A program made the translations under genes and the position numbers. Below, one piece after another: positions 35,905 to 45,201 of a stretch of 64,000 bases of DNA (position 1 is the stretch's first letter; every line of letters starts with the position of its first letter). Below the pieces are notes generated by a model. That model ran no database searches and was not told the DNA's origin. It saw only the letters and a list, made by a program, of their open reading frames with translations. Origin of the DNA: Oscillospiraceae bacterium (lineage in GTDB: Bacteria > Bacillota > Clostridia > Oscillospirales > CAG-272). The stretch covers positions 76,206-140,205 of the forward strand of contig SVSG01000001.1 in the NCBI GenBank assembly GCA_015064415.1, in the 5' to 3' direction.

Positions 35905-38220
35905 TCAAAGCGCGGTGACGAGCAGCTCGCCGTCCTTGACGTCAACGCGGGCGTGCGTAATAGAGCGCTCGAAGTCCGCAATGATCTTCTCGGCCAGCGC
36001 ATCCTCCACGTGGGTCTGGATATAACGGCGCATGTTACGCGCACCGTATTTGTGCGAGTAGGACTCCCGTGCGATCACGGCAAGCGCCGCGTCGGTGAAG
36101 GTAAGCGTAATTCCCTTTTCTGCCAGCGCCGACTTGAGCTCATTCATCATAATGGCGGCGATCCTTGCAAAATCCTCCTCGGTCAGCGCGCGGAAGGTGA
36201 TGACCTCGTCCACGCGGTTGAGAAATTCGGGACGCAGGAAGCGGGAAAGCGCTTTTTCGGTGCGCGCATCCTCGATCTGCTGCTCCCCCGTACCGAAGCC
36301 CGCAAGCGCGCCTGCGCGATCGGAGCCCGCGTTCGTGGTCATGATCAACACGGTGTTTTCAAAGTTCACGGTCTTACCGCGCGCGTCGGTGATGCGCCCG
36401 TCATCCAAAATCTGAAGCAGGACGTTAAGCACGTCGGGATGCGCCTTTTCGATCTCGTCGAACAGCACCACGGAATAGGGGCGGCGGCGGATCTTTTCGG
36501 TCAGCTGCCCCGCCTCGTCATACCCCACGTATCCGGGAGGCGCTCCGATGATGCGGGAGACCGAGTGCTTTTCCATGAACTCGGACATATCCAGACGGAT
36601 CAGTGTTTCGGGGCTGTCGAAAAGATCGGCGGCAAGCGTTTTCACAAGCTCGGTCTTGCCCACGCCCGTGGGGCCTGCAAAAATAAAGGAGACCGGCTTG
36701 CGCTTGTAGGAAACGCCGGCGCGATTGCGCTTAATGGCGCGGGCGACGGCCTCAACGGCCTGATTTTGTCCGATGATGCGCTTCTTGAGACGCTCCTCAA
36801 GACCCGAAATGCGCTTGAACTCGTTTTCGCTGATATTGGCGGCAGGAATCCCCGTCCAGATCTCGATGACCTGGGCCAGATTCTCCTCGGTCATGCAGAC
36901 CTTTCCCAGATCCGGCTCGATCTGTGCAAGGCGCTCTGCCAGCTGCAGCTCCTTTGCCTTGATGCGCGCAAGATCCTCAAAACGCTGCTTCTCGGATTGC
37001 TCGTCATTGGCAAGATCTGCCTCTAAGGCCTCCCGTTTCTCTTTTTCGCGCAACATTTGTTCTTTTATTTCATAACTTTCGTTCATAACAGAGCTGTTGA
37101 GCGAAAGCTCTGCGGCGGCCTCATCCAAAAGGTCAATGGCCTTATCCGGCAGGTATCTGTCGGTAATATAGCGCTCGGAAAGCACCACGGCGCGGCGCAG
37201 GATATCATCGGAAATATGAACGCCGTGAAATTCCTCGTAGTAATGCTTGATGCCCTTCAGCATTTCCACGGCATCGTCCACGGAGGGCTCGTTCACGGTG
37301 ACGGGCTGGAAACGGCGCTCCAGCGCGGTGTCCTTTTCGATATATTTGCGGTACTCCGTCAGCGTGGTGGCACCGATGATCTGCACCTCGCCGCGCGAGA
37401 GCGCGGGCTTGAGAATATTGGCGGCGTTCGTGCCTCCCTCTGCGTTTCCGGTGCCCACGATATTGTGCACCTCGTCGATCACAAGGATGATATTTCCCGC
37501 CTCGGTCACCTCGTTCAAAAGTCCCATAATACGGCTTTCAAACTGGCCGCGGAACTGCGTGCCCGCTACCAGCGCGGTCATGTCTACCAGATACACCTCT
37601 TTGCCGCGCAATTTGTACGGCACGTCATTGTCAGCCAAACGCTGTGCAAGCGCCTCCGCGATCGCGGTCTTGCCCACACCGGGCTCACCGATCAGGCAAG
37701 GATTGTTCTTTTGTCTGCGCGAAAGGATCTGGATGACGCGCGCCAGTTCCCTGTCGCGTCCCACGATGCGGTCCAATCTCCCCTCCGCCGCGCGGCGGGT
37801 CAGATTCCGACAGTAGGTCTCCAAAAGCTTGCGCTTTTTCTCCTTGGGTGCCTTTTCCTTCTTTTTTTGCTTTTCCCCGTCCTTTTCCTCCTCGGCACTT
37901 TCCTCCTTGGGATTGCCGAAAAGGCCGCTTTCGCGGAAGAGCTTCGGGAAATCGATGGCCGGCGCGCCGCCGTCCTCATTATCATCGCTGTCGCTCGGCA
38001 ACCCACCTTGGATCAGTCCGTTGATCTCCTCTTCCAGATTTTCCATCTGCTCAGGGGAAATACCAAGCTTGCCGATCACGTTTCCCATCATCTGATCGGT
38101 GGGCAACCCCAATTCTTTGGCGCAACGGATGCAAAGTCCCTCGGTCTTGCGCTGTCCGTTTTCCACCTTGGTCACAAACACGGTTGCCACGCGCTTGTTA
38201 CACTTGGAACACATCATCAT
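35905..38220 (-). CDS. clpE: Clp/Hsp100 AAA+ ATPase, ClpE-type (N-terminal zinc ribbon, two AAA modules)
   Basis: N-terminus MMMCSKCNKRVATVF...GLCIRCAKELG (CxxC...CxxC). Walker A motifs GEPGVGKT and GPTGVGKT, plus the ClpA/B signature. Confidence 0.75.
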   Translation of the reverse strand: MMMCSKCNKRVATVFVTKVENGQRKTEGLCIRCAKELGLPTDQMMGNVIGKLGISPEQMENLEEEINGLIQGGLPSDSDDNEDGGAPAIDFPKLFRESGLFGNPKEESAEEEKDGEKQKKKEKAPKEKKRKLLETYCRNLTRRAAEGRLDRIVGRDRELARVIQILSRRQKNNPCLIGEPGVGKTAIAEALAQRLADNDVPYKLRGKEVYLVDMTALVAGTQFRGQFESRIMGLLNEVTEAGNIILVIDEVHNIVGTGNAEGGTNAANILKPALSRGEVQIIGATTLTEYRKYIEKDTALERRFQPVTVNEPSVDDAVEMLKGIKHYYEEFHGVHISDDILRRAVVLSERYITDRYLPDKAIDLLDEAAAELSLNSSVMNESYEIKEQMLREKEKREALEADLANDEQSEKQRFEDLARIKAKELQLAERLAQIEPDLGKVCMTEENLAQVIEIWTGIPAANISENEFKRISGLEERLKKRIIGQNQAVEAVARAIKRNRAGVSYKRKPVSFIFAGPTGVGKTELVKTLAADLFDSPETLIRLDMSEFMEKHSVSRIIGAPPGYVGYDEAGQLTEKIRRRPYSVVLFDEIEKAHPDVLNVLLQILDDGRITDARGKTVNFENTVLIMTTNAGSDRAGALAGFGTGEQQIEDARTEKALSRFLRPEFLNRVDEVITFRALTEEDFARIAAIMMNELKSALAEKGITLTFTDAALAVIARESYSHKYGARNMRRYIQTHVEDALAEKIIADFERSITHARVDVKDGELLVTAL

Positions 38221-38241
38221 AATTATATATACCTTTCTTGC

Positions 38242-39468
38242 TCATTCAAATTCAACGTAAATGGCCTTTGCATCGTACGCCACGCGCAAGGCGCTTTTGC
38301 TCACACTCCAGAAGGAGGTTGCCCCCGGCTCGCATGCAACGGTCGAGGACGTCTGATCGCCAAGGTGCAATCTCACGATCTGCGCGTCGCAAAGAAGAAA
38401 GACGTACTCGCCCGAAAACGTGGCACGCTCCACCTTTCCCTGCCATGCGGCATCATACACGGTGTCACCGTCTGCATCCAGAAAAACGATGCGGTTGTTG
38501 CCGTGTAACGCGTCCTCTTCAAGGAGAAGCAGCACACCCGCCTCGCTTACTTCAAAAGAAAGCGGCACGCCCGCCCCGAAGCCGATTTCTCCTCTTACGT
38601 CGCCGTCCGGATCAAGCACGCGCAAGGAGTTGTTGCCAAGCACGGCAAGATGGCGATGATCGGTAAAGGAAATGCGGAGTGCAAGCTCTTCGCACGCGAC
38701 GCTGTAAAGCGGTTGCTCGTCGCCGATGCGATAGCATTCCACCACACTTTTCGCGATGCCGTTCTCGGTCGAAATACCGGAGCAGGCCACGTATTTTCCA
38801 TTCTCGGAAATGGCGACGTCCGTGGTCGCGCTACCGCGCATGAAGCGCTGGATCAGATTGAAATTGGCATCGTACAGCAATATTTGCGACAGATGCGTGT
38901 CACTTGTCGTCACTACGGCAAAATGCCCCGTATCCGCGGCACAAACGGCCAGAATAGGGAAAGCGGTCTTCCCCTCAAACAATACCTTGTACGCGTTGGT
39001 CACGGTAAAGCTTGTTGTGGCGAAATCGTACGCGATCAGATATTTTTGCGAGCTTGCCGCGCGCGGTGACGTCAGCGTCATCGGCACGTCCAACAGTCGC
39101 TCACCGTCAGGGGAATAGATCTCCACCCCGCCCGAGGACACCACGGCCACGCCATCACGGTATGCGCAAGCCACGCGCTCGCCCTCTTCATACGTATAAA
39201 AAACGTCGCGATAGTCAGAGGAAAGGAAGGAGGAGACCGAGCGAAGATCCATTCCAAAGCTGTAAATGCTGTTTTGTGTAAAGGCCTGCGCGCCAATCGC
39301 CATGAAAACGATCACAAAAAGCGGCAGGGCGATCAAAAGGACGCGAAAAGCCAGCGTATAGGCATCCGCCGGATGCGACCAGTATCCCGTTTTTTTTGGC
39401 TCTTTTTGTGTTGGCGTTGTCTCGGTTGCGGGCGGCAATGCCAAGGGCTGCTTGGAAGCTTTGCTCAT
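38242..39468 (-). CDS. Membrane-anchored protein of unknown function (408 aa), beta-rich ectodomain (possibly DUF5711-like beta-propeller)
   Basis: Pro/Thr-rich N-terminus, a single TM helix (FRVLLIALPLFVIVFMAIGAQAF), then repeated short beta-strand/turn segments. The family name is recalled from memory only. Confidence 0.55.
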   Translation of the reverse strand: MSKASKQPLALPPATETTPTQKEPKKTGYWSHPADAYTLAFRVLLIALPLFVIVFMAIGAQAFTQNSIYSFGMDLRSVSSFLSSDYRDVFYTYEEGERVACAYRDGVAVVSSGGVEIYSPDGERLLDVPMTLTSPRAASSQKYLIAYDFATTSFTVTNAYKVLFEGKTAFPILAVCAADTGHFAVVTTSDTHLSQILLYDANFNLIQRFMRGSATTDVAISENGKYVACSGISTENGIAKSVVECYRIGDEQPLYSVACEELALRISFTDHRHLAVLGNNSLRVLDPDGDVRGEIGFGAGVPLSFEVSEAGVLLLLEEDALHGNNRIVFLDADGDTVYDAAWQGKVERATFSGEYVFLLCDAQIVRLHLGDQTSSTVACEPGATSFWSVSKSALRVAYDAKAIYVEFE

Positions 39469-39487
39469 CTGCGCTCTCCTTTCTGTG

Positions 39488-40264
39488 TTAATTGCGATAC
39501 GTCACCCGATCCAGATACAGACCGCACGCGGGAGCTGTGCTCCCCGCCTTGGTGCGATCCTTCTCCCGCAGCACGCGCAACACGTCCTCGGGAGTCATGC
39601 GCCCTGCGGCCACCGCCGCCAGCGTTCCGACCATGATCCGTACCATATTATAAAGAAATCCGTCCGCACGCACGCGGAAGGAGATCAAATCCCCCTTTCG
39701 CGTCACGGTGGCAGACATTACGTGCCGTACGGCATCCTTCGGTGCCGTGTCCGCGCCCACCGCGCGGAAAGCGGAAAAATCCTGCTTCCCCACAAAATGA
39801 GCGGCCGCCGCTTGCATCGCGGCAAGCGCCGCCCCGTCAATGGGGGTGGGAATGTGCCAGGCGCGCCCCTCAAAGAAGGGGTTTCTCTCGCGCCCGTTAT
39901 AGATTAGATACTCATATTCCTTGCTTTCCACGCCGTAACGGGCGTGAAAATCCAAGGGCACCTCCTCGGCCGAAAGGACGGAGATGTCCTCCGGCAAATG
40001 CGCGTTCATGGCGCGCGGAATACGTACTGCGGGAATGGAGGTCTGTAAAAAGCACTCCCCTTTTTTTGTTACGGTGGCGCAAAAGCCGCGCGCGTGCACG
40101 CCGCTGTCGGTGCGACTGCACCCCACCACGTCGCAGGGGTAGCCGAAAAGCGCCTCTGCGGCCTTGTTCAGCATCTCCTGCACGGTGACGCCGTTGGGCT
40201 GCACCTGATAGCCGCAATACGCCGCACCGTTATAGCAGATCGTCAAAAGAATTTTCTTTTGCAT
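39488..40264 (-). CDS. truA: tRNA pseudouridine(38-40) synthase
   Basis: Begins MQKKILLTICYNGAAYCGYQVQ, with the catalytic GCSRTDSGVHA motif. Start set at ATG 40264. Confidence 0.93.
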   Translation of the reverse strand: MQKKILLTICYNGAAYCGYQVQPNGVTVQEMLNKAAEALFGYPCDVVGCSRTDSGVHARGFCATVTKKGECFLQTSIPAVRIPRAMNAHLPEDISVLSAEEVPLDFHARYGVESKEYEYLIYNGRERNPFFEGRAWHIPTPIDGAALAAMQAAAAHFVGKQDFSAFRAVGADTAPKDAVRHVMSATVTRKGDLISFRVRADGFLYNMVRIMVGTLAAVAAGRMTPEDVLRVLREKDRTKAGSTAPACGLYLDRVTYRN

Positions 40265-40271
40265 ACGCACC

Positions 40272-41093
40272 TCACGGCATCGTATAACCGATGCCAAGAC
40301 GGTTCAGATACAGGATACCCGCGCCAAAGCCAATCACCAGCAACAACGCCGCAAAATCGCGAAAATGTAGGTGCGGCACCGTCATTTTCGTTCTTCCGGA
40401 GCCCCCGCGATAACAACGGCATTCCATGGCTGTCGCCAGTTCCTCCGCACGGCGGAAGGCGGAAACGAAAAGCGGAATGAGGATCGGGATCAAGGCCTTT
40501 GCGCGCTTGATCAGCCCGCCGTGTGCAAAATCCACGCCGCGCGCCTTTTGCGCGTTCATGATCTTGCCCGTTTCCTCGGAAAGTAGCGGGATAAAGCGCA
40601 GTGCGATCGTCATCATCATGGCGAACTCATGCACAGGAACGCGGATCAAGCGCAAGGGAGCAAGCAAGCTCTCCAGTGCGTCGGTCAGCGCGATGGGGGT
40701 GGTGGTATAGGTCAGAAACAGACTGGTGCCCATGATCAGCACAACGATGCGCAGCAGCATAAACGCCGCGCTATACAGCCCCTCCACGTAAATTTGCAGC
40801 TTCCACCAGGCAAAAAGCAGATTTTCACCCTTCACAAAAAACAGATTCAACACGGCCGTGAAGCACATGATGAAAAGGATGGGGCGTATTGCGCGCAGAA
40901 TGACGCGCAACGGAATACGTGCCAGAAGGATCAGCACAAGGGCGGAAAACGCCAGCGCCGCAAAGGAAAGCACGTTTTTGCAAAGGAAGGTGCAAACGAT
41001 ATATAAAATAGCAAGGATCACCTTCATCCGCGCATCCAGACGGTGCACGGGTGAGGAGACGGGATAATACTGTCCCAATGCAATACTACTCAT
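40272..41093 (-). CDS. ecfT: ECF transporter transmembrane component
   Basis: Polytopic protein with the coupling-helix region ARGVDF..., located downstream of two ecfA genes. Confidence 0.9.
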   Translation of the reverse strand: MSSIALGQYYPVSSPVHRLDARMKVILAILYIVCTFLCKNVLSFAALAFSALVLILLARIPLRVILRAIRPILFIMCFTAVLNLFFVKGENLLFAWWKLQIYVEGLYSAAFMLLRIVVLIMGTSLFLTYTTTPIALTDALESLLAPLRLIRVPVHEFAMMMTIALRFIPLLSEETGKIMNAQKARGVDFAHGGLIKRAKALIPILIPLFVSAFRRAEELATAMECRCYRGGSGRTKMTVPHLHFRDFAALLLVIGFGAGILYLNRLGIGYTMP

Positions 41094-41115
41094 TTCTGAT
41101 ATCCTTTACTTGTTC

Positions 41116-41961
41116 TCAAAGCAGATTTTCAATGGCGCGCAGGGCGGCTTCCACGGTGTAGATCCCCTTGGGCAATCTGACGCCGCGTGCGGCAAGCAAG
41201 AGCGCCAGATGCGTGATCTGCGGCACGTCAAGCCCCACGGAGCGCAATTCCTCGGCATGCGCAAACACCTCGTCGCGCGAGCCCGCAAGAAAGACCTTGG
41301 CGTGCGCCATCACCACGATATCGTCACAGTAAACGGCCATATCCTCCATACTGTGACTCACGATGATCACGGTGGCCCCCGTTTTGTGTCCGTAATCCGC
41401 AACGGCCTGCAAAATGATATCGCGACCGCGCGGGTCAAGCCCTGCCGCGGGCTCGTCAAGTACCAATACCTCGGGGCGCATGGCCATCACGCCCGCGATC
41501 GCCGCACGGCGCTTCTGCCCGCCCGAAAGGTCAAAGGGAGATTTATCAAGATCGGCGGCAGTAAGCCCCACGATCTCAGCCGCTTCCGCCACACGGGCGC
41601 TGATCTCCTCCTCGGAAAGGCCCATATTGCGCGGGCCGAAGGCAATGTCGGCGCGTACGGTCTCCTCAAAGAGCTGATATTCGGGATACTGCATCACAAG
41701 TCCCACGCGAAAACGGATGTCGCGCATTTTCTTGGGATTTTCCCAAATATCCTTGCCGTCCAGTAAAATACGCCCCTCGCTCGGCTTTTCCAAGCCGTTG
41801 AAAAGCTGTACCATCGTGGATTTTCCGGAGCCGGTATGTCCGATGATGCCCGTAATGCTTCCCTCGCGCACGGTAAGGCATACGTCGTCCAATGCCTTTA
41901 CGGCAAAGGGCGTACCCGGCTCATAGGTGTAAGATACGTGTTCAAGCGTTACCCTTGCCAT
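41116..41961 (-). CDS. ecfA2: ECF transporter ATPase component 2
   Basis: ABC ATPase with GHTGSGKST, LSGGQKRR and VLVLDEP motifs. Confidence 0.9.
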   Translation of the reverse strand: MARVTLEHVSYTYEPGTPFAVKALDDVCLTVREGSITGIIGHTGSGKSTMVQLFNGLEKPSEGRILLDGKDIWENPKKMRDIRFRVGLVMQYPEYQLFEETVRADIAFGPRNMGLSEEEISARVAEAAEIVGLTAADLDKSPFDLSGGQKRRAAIAGVMAMRPEVLVLDEPAAGLDPRGRDIILQAVADYGHKTGATVIIVSHSMEDMAVYCDDIVVMAHAKVFLAGSRDEVFAHAEELRSVGLDVPQITHLALLLAARGVRLPKGIYTVEAALRAIENLL

Positions 41962-42823
41962 GATGCTCCTCCAATGCGCGGCAGATCATCTCTGCACATT
42001 CTTCCGTGGTCACGGGCTCACCGTCGATCACAAGCCCCTTCTTGCGCAGCGCGTGCACAAGCGAGGTACACTGCGGCACGTCAAGTCCCGTTGCGACAAG
42101 CTCCTCCGCTCTTGCAAAGACCTCAAAGGGCTTGCCGTCCATCAGCACCTTCCCCTCGTCCAGCACGATCACGCGGTCGGCGCGCGCCGCCTCGTTCATA
42201 TAGTGCGTGATGGTGATCACGGTGATGCCGCGCTCACGGTTCAGCTTTTCAAAGGTCTCCACCACCTCGCGCCGTCCCACGGGGTCCAGCATCGCGGTGG
42301 ACTCATCAAAGATCATGCAGTTCGGCATCATCGCAATGATGCCCGCGATAGCCACGCGCTGCTTTTGACCGCCCGAGAGACGGTGCGGCTCGGATTTGGC
42401 AAAATTACTCATACCGACGGCGGCAAGCGCCTCATCCACGCGGCGGCGGATCTCCGCGCTCGGCACGCCGAGGTTTTCGGGGCCGAAGGCAACGTCCTCC
42501 TCCACGATGGTGGCAACCAGCTGGTTGTCGGGATTCTGGAACACCATTCCCACCTCGCGACGCAGGGCGTACACGTCATCCTCGGTAAGCTCCGGGGAGG
42601 TCAGCTCGCGCCCCGCGACCCAAAGCTCACCCGAATCCGGCTCCAGGATCATATTCAAAAGCTTGGCAAAGGTGGATTTTCCCGAGCCGTTGTGCCCGAG
42701 GATTGCCACGTATTCCCCTTTTTGAATTTCAAGCGAAAGACCGCGCAACACGGAAACGGGCTCCTGCCCTTCCTCCTTGTACGTGTAATACAGATCCTTC
42801 GCACGAATAAATGCTTCCTTCAT
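41942..42823 (-). CDS. ecfA1: ECF transporter ATPase component 1
   Basis: ABC ATPase with GHNGSGKST, LSGGQKQR and MIFDEST motifs. Confidence 0.9.
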   Translation of the reverse strand: MKEAFIRAKDLYYTYKEEGQEPVSVLRGLSLEIQKGEYVAILGHNGSGKSTFAKLLNMILEPDSGELWVAGRELTSPELTEDDVYALRREVGMVFQNPDNQLVATIVEEDVAFGPENLGVPSAEIRRRVDEALAAVGMSNFAKSEPHRLSGGQKQRVAIAGIIAMMPNCMIFDESTAMLDPVGRREVVETFEKLNRERGITVITITHYMNEAARADRVIVLDEGKVLMDGKPFEVFARAEELVATGLDVPQCTSLVHALRKKGLVIDGEPVTTEECAEMICRALEEHHGKGNA

Positions 42824-42832
42824 TCTCTAACC

Positions 42833-43693
42833 TCACAGCTCCCAACGGGCAGAGGCGCCCGCGGGCAAAAATGCGCCCGTTTGCTTGACGGGAATGCCAA
42901 GCTCGCCTGCGGTGCAGGTGCCGCCGAAGCGACTTTTGACACGCAGCTCCAGAATATAGCTCATCGCCAGAGGGGAAAGCCCCGTGGTGTAAGAGTTGAT
43001 CAAGAAAAACAGCGGCTCGGGAGAGAGGAGCTTCGCCGCAAGCGTGACAAGCTCATCCACGCACTCCTCGATCTTCCACACCTCACCCGAGGGGCCGCGC
43101 CCGTAGGAGGGCGGGTCCATGATGATCGCATCGTAAAAATGCCCGCGCTTGATCTCGCGCTCGACAAACTTCTTGCAATCGTCCACGATGTAGCGAATCG
43201 GCGCCTCGGCAAGGCCGGAAAGACGCGCGTTTTCCTTCGCCTGCGCGACCATCCCCTTGGCGGCATCCACGTGCACCACGCTGGCACCCGCCTTGGCCGC
43301 GGCGATCGTCGCACCGCCCGTATAGGCAAACAGATTCAGCACCTTGATGGGGCGTCCCGCGCGGCGGATCTTTTCCGAGAACCAGTCCCAGTTGGCGGCC
43401 TGCTCCGGGAAAAGACCCGTGTGTTTAAAGCCCATCGGACGGATCAAAAATTTGAGATCGCCATAGGCGATGTTCCATTGCTCGGGCAAGCGGCTGTTCT
43501 TCCAGCCGCCACCGCCCGCCGAGGAGCGACGATAGGTTGCATCCGCCTTTTTCCATGCGGGGTGCTTGGCGGCATCGCGCCACAGGATCTGCGGATCCGG
43601 GCGCACCAGAATATATTTTCCCCAACGCTCCAGTCGCTCTCCGTCAGAGGCGTCCAGAAGCTCGTAATCCTGCCAATTATCACAAATCCACAC
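42833..43693 (-). CDS. Class I SAM-dependent methyltransferase (RlmI/RlmK C-terminal-domain type, probable rRNA methyltransferase)
   Basis: SAM-binding motif VLNLFAYTGGATIAAAKAGA followed by IIMDPPSYGRG (DPP motif). Confidence 0.75.
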   Translation of the reverse strand: MWICDNWQDYELLDASDGERLERWGKYILVRPDPQILWRDAAKHPAWKKADATYRRSSAGGGGWKNSRLPEQWNIAYGDLKFLIRPMGFKHTGLFPEQAANWDWFSEKIRRAGRPIKVLNLFAYTGGATIAAAKAGASVVHVDAAKGMVAQAKENARLSGLAEAPIRYIVDDCKKFVEREIKRGHFYDAIIMDPPSYGRGPSGEVWKIEECVDELVTLAAKLLSPEPLFFLINSYTTGLSPLAMSYILELRVKSRFGGTCTAGELGIPVKQTGAFLPAGASARWEL

Positions 43694-43707
43694 GTCGGTG
43701 TTCTCCT

Positions 43708-44205
43708 TTATCGGTTAAAATATTGCGCAATGCGCGAGGGGCCGCAATGCCCGTGACATACGGCGATCGCCAACGCATCTGCTGTATCGTCGGGCTTTGG
43801 GGGCGCGGGCAAGCGCAGAATGTTCGTCACCATAGCGATGACCTGCTTTTTTTCCGCCTTGCCGTATCCCACCACCGCCTGCTTGACCTGCATCGGGGTG
43901 TATTCCGCGATTTTGAGCCCCTTTTGCTCGCCGCAAAGCAGCACGATGCCGCGTGCCTCGGCCACGCGGATGCCGGTGGTGATGTTGTTGGTGAAAAAGA
44001 GCTCCTCCACGGCCATTTCCGCGGGATTGAAATGATCGATGATCGCGTTCAATTGCTTATAGATCATCGCAAGCCGTTCCTCAGTCCTTGTACCTGCGGG
44101 TGTCTGGATCGAGCCGTAGCCAAGCGTCTTGAACCGCCCGCCCGCATAATCCACCACGCCCCAGCCAACAATGGCAAGGCCCGGGTCAATTCCCAAAATA
44201 ACCAT
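43708..44205 (-). CDS. ruvC: Crossover junction endodeoxyribonuclease RuvC
   Basis: Begins MVILGIDPGLAIVGWGVVD, with the C-terminal DTADALAIAVCH. Start set at ATG 44205 (GGAG upstream). Confidence 0.93.
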   Translation of the reverse strand: MVILGIDPGLAIVGWGVVDYAGGRFKTLGYGSIQTPAGTRTEERLAMIYKQLNAIIDHFNPAEMAVEELFFTNNITTGIRVAEARGIVLLCGEQKGLKIAEYTPMQVKQAVVGYGKAEKKQVIAMVTNILRLPAPPKPDDTADALAIAVCHGHCGPSRIAQYFNR

Positions 44206-44250
44206 AGCGCTCCTTTCCGACAAACACTGCCCCAATCATAATTTCTCTTT

Positions 44251-44279
44251 ATTATAACATAAAAATCTGTTTCCGTCAA
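44251..44279 (-). promoter_or_regulatory. Candidate promoter of ruvC and the downstream operon
   Basis: Minus strand reads TTGACG (44279-44274), 17-nt spacer ending in TATG, TATAAT (44256-44251). Confidence 0.55.
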
Positions 44280-44305
44280 ACATTTTGAAAAAATATTATT
44301 TTATA

Positions 44306-44334
44306 TTTACTTCTTTGAAATTTTATGTTATAAT
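44306..44334 (+). promoter_or_regulatory. Candidate promoter of DUF951-ruvA-ruvB
   Basis: TTTACT (44306-44311), 17-nt spacer ending in TATG, TATAAT (44329-44334). Confidence 0.5.
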
Positions 44335-44363
44335 TTACTTAATAACGTGAAAGGAGCGTGCCG

Positions 44364-44567
44364 ATGCAGATCCTCAAAATTCTACCCGATATGGTGCTTG
44401 AGCTCAAGAAGCCGCACCCGTGCGGTGAGCGCCGCTTCCGCGTGTTGCGCGTGGGCAGCATCTGCCGTGTTGTCTGCCTTGGATGCGGACGCGACATGGA
44501 TCTGGATCGCATCAAGCTGGAACGCGCCGTCAAGCGCATCGAGCCCGCCCCTACCGACACCCCGTAA
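44364..44567 (+). CDS. DUF951 family small protein (67 aa)
   Basis: Sequence MQILKILPDMVLELKKPHPCGERRFRVLRVGSICRVVCLGCGRDMDLDR, with AAGGAG 7 nt upstream. Confidence 0.75.
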   Translation: MQILKILPDMVLELKKPHPCGERRFRVLRVGSICRVVCLGCGRDMDLDRIKLERAVKRIEPAPTDTP

Positions 44568-44577
44568 GGAGATTACT

Positions 44578-45189
44578 ATGTTTTATTATATCAAAGGCCC
44601 CCTGGCCGTGCTCAAGCCGAATTTCGCCGTGATCGATGCCGGCGGCGTGGGCTATAAGATCACCATTGGCGAGCGCACGCACACCGCGCTTGTCGGAAAA
44701 ACCGAGGCCAAGCTTTTCACGCATCTTGCCGTGCGCGAGGACGGACAGGAGCTGTTCGGCTTTCTCACGGAACAGGAGCTTGACACCTTCCTGTTGCTGA
44801 CCAGCGTGTCCGGCGTGGGCCCGAAGGGTGCCATCGCCGTGCTTTCGCATTTCACCCCCGAGCAATTCGTGATGGCCGTTTGCACCGAGGACAAAAAGGC
44901 CATTGCCAAGGCAAGCGGCATCGGCCCCAAAATTGCCGCGCGCATCATTCTGGAACTGCACGATAAGCTGGCCGCCGGCAGCGCCAATCCGGATCTTGGC
45001 GGTGATTTTGCCGCCGTTCCCCTGCCGCAGGCAGCCGCCCCCGCAGGCGGTGCCATGGCAGACGCGCAGGAGGCGCTTCTTGTGCTTGGCTACAACCGTA
45101 CCGAAATTCTGCGCGCCCTTGCGGGTGTGGACACTGCAGGACTTTCCTCCGAGCAGATCATCCGCGCCGCGCTGAAAAAACTGATGTAA
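44578..45189 (+). CDS. ruvA: Holliday junction DNA helicase RuvA
   Basis: Begins MFYYIKGPLAVLKPNFAVIDAGGVGYKI, with an HhH pair (VSGVGPKGA, ASGIGPKIA). Start set at ATG 44578 inside the longer track ORF. Confidence 0.95.
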   Translation: MFYYIKGPLAVLKPNFAVIDAGGVGYKITIGERTHTALVGKTEAKLFTHLAVREDGQELFGFLTEQELDTFLLLTSVSGVGPKGAIAVLSHFTPEQFVMAVCTEDKKAIAKASGIGPKIAARIILELHDKLAAGSANPDLGGDFAAVPLPQAAAPAGGAMADAQEALLVLGYNRTEILRALAGVDTAGLSSEQIIRAALKKLM

Positions 45190-45201
45190 GGAGGACAGAT
45201 C

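Noticed and set aside
32281-37026. A 1,581-aa plus-strand ORF, the longest open frame after the giant lipoprotein ORF itself.
   Set aside because: It runs antisense to the giant lipoprotein gene and continues across the intergenic gap into the antisense of the ClpE-type gene. Its translation is low-complexity (Gly/Ala/Arg/Val-rich), it has no ribosome-binding site, and it mirrors the sense-strand repeats. This is a typical stop-free shadow frame of high-GC coding DNA.
44347-44577. A long N-terminal extension of the ruvA ORF (track ORF 44347-45189).
   Set aside because: The extension overlaps the well-formed DUF951 gene in another frame and is Ser/Ala/Cys-rich junk. RuvA begins at MFYYIKG (44578) with its own AAGGAG.
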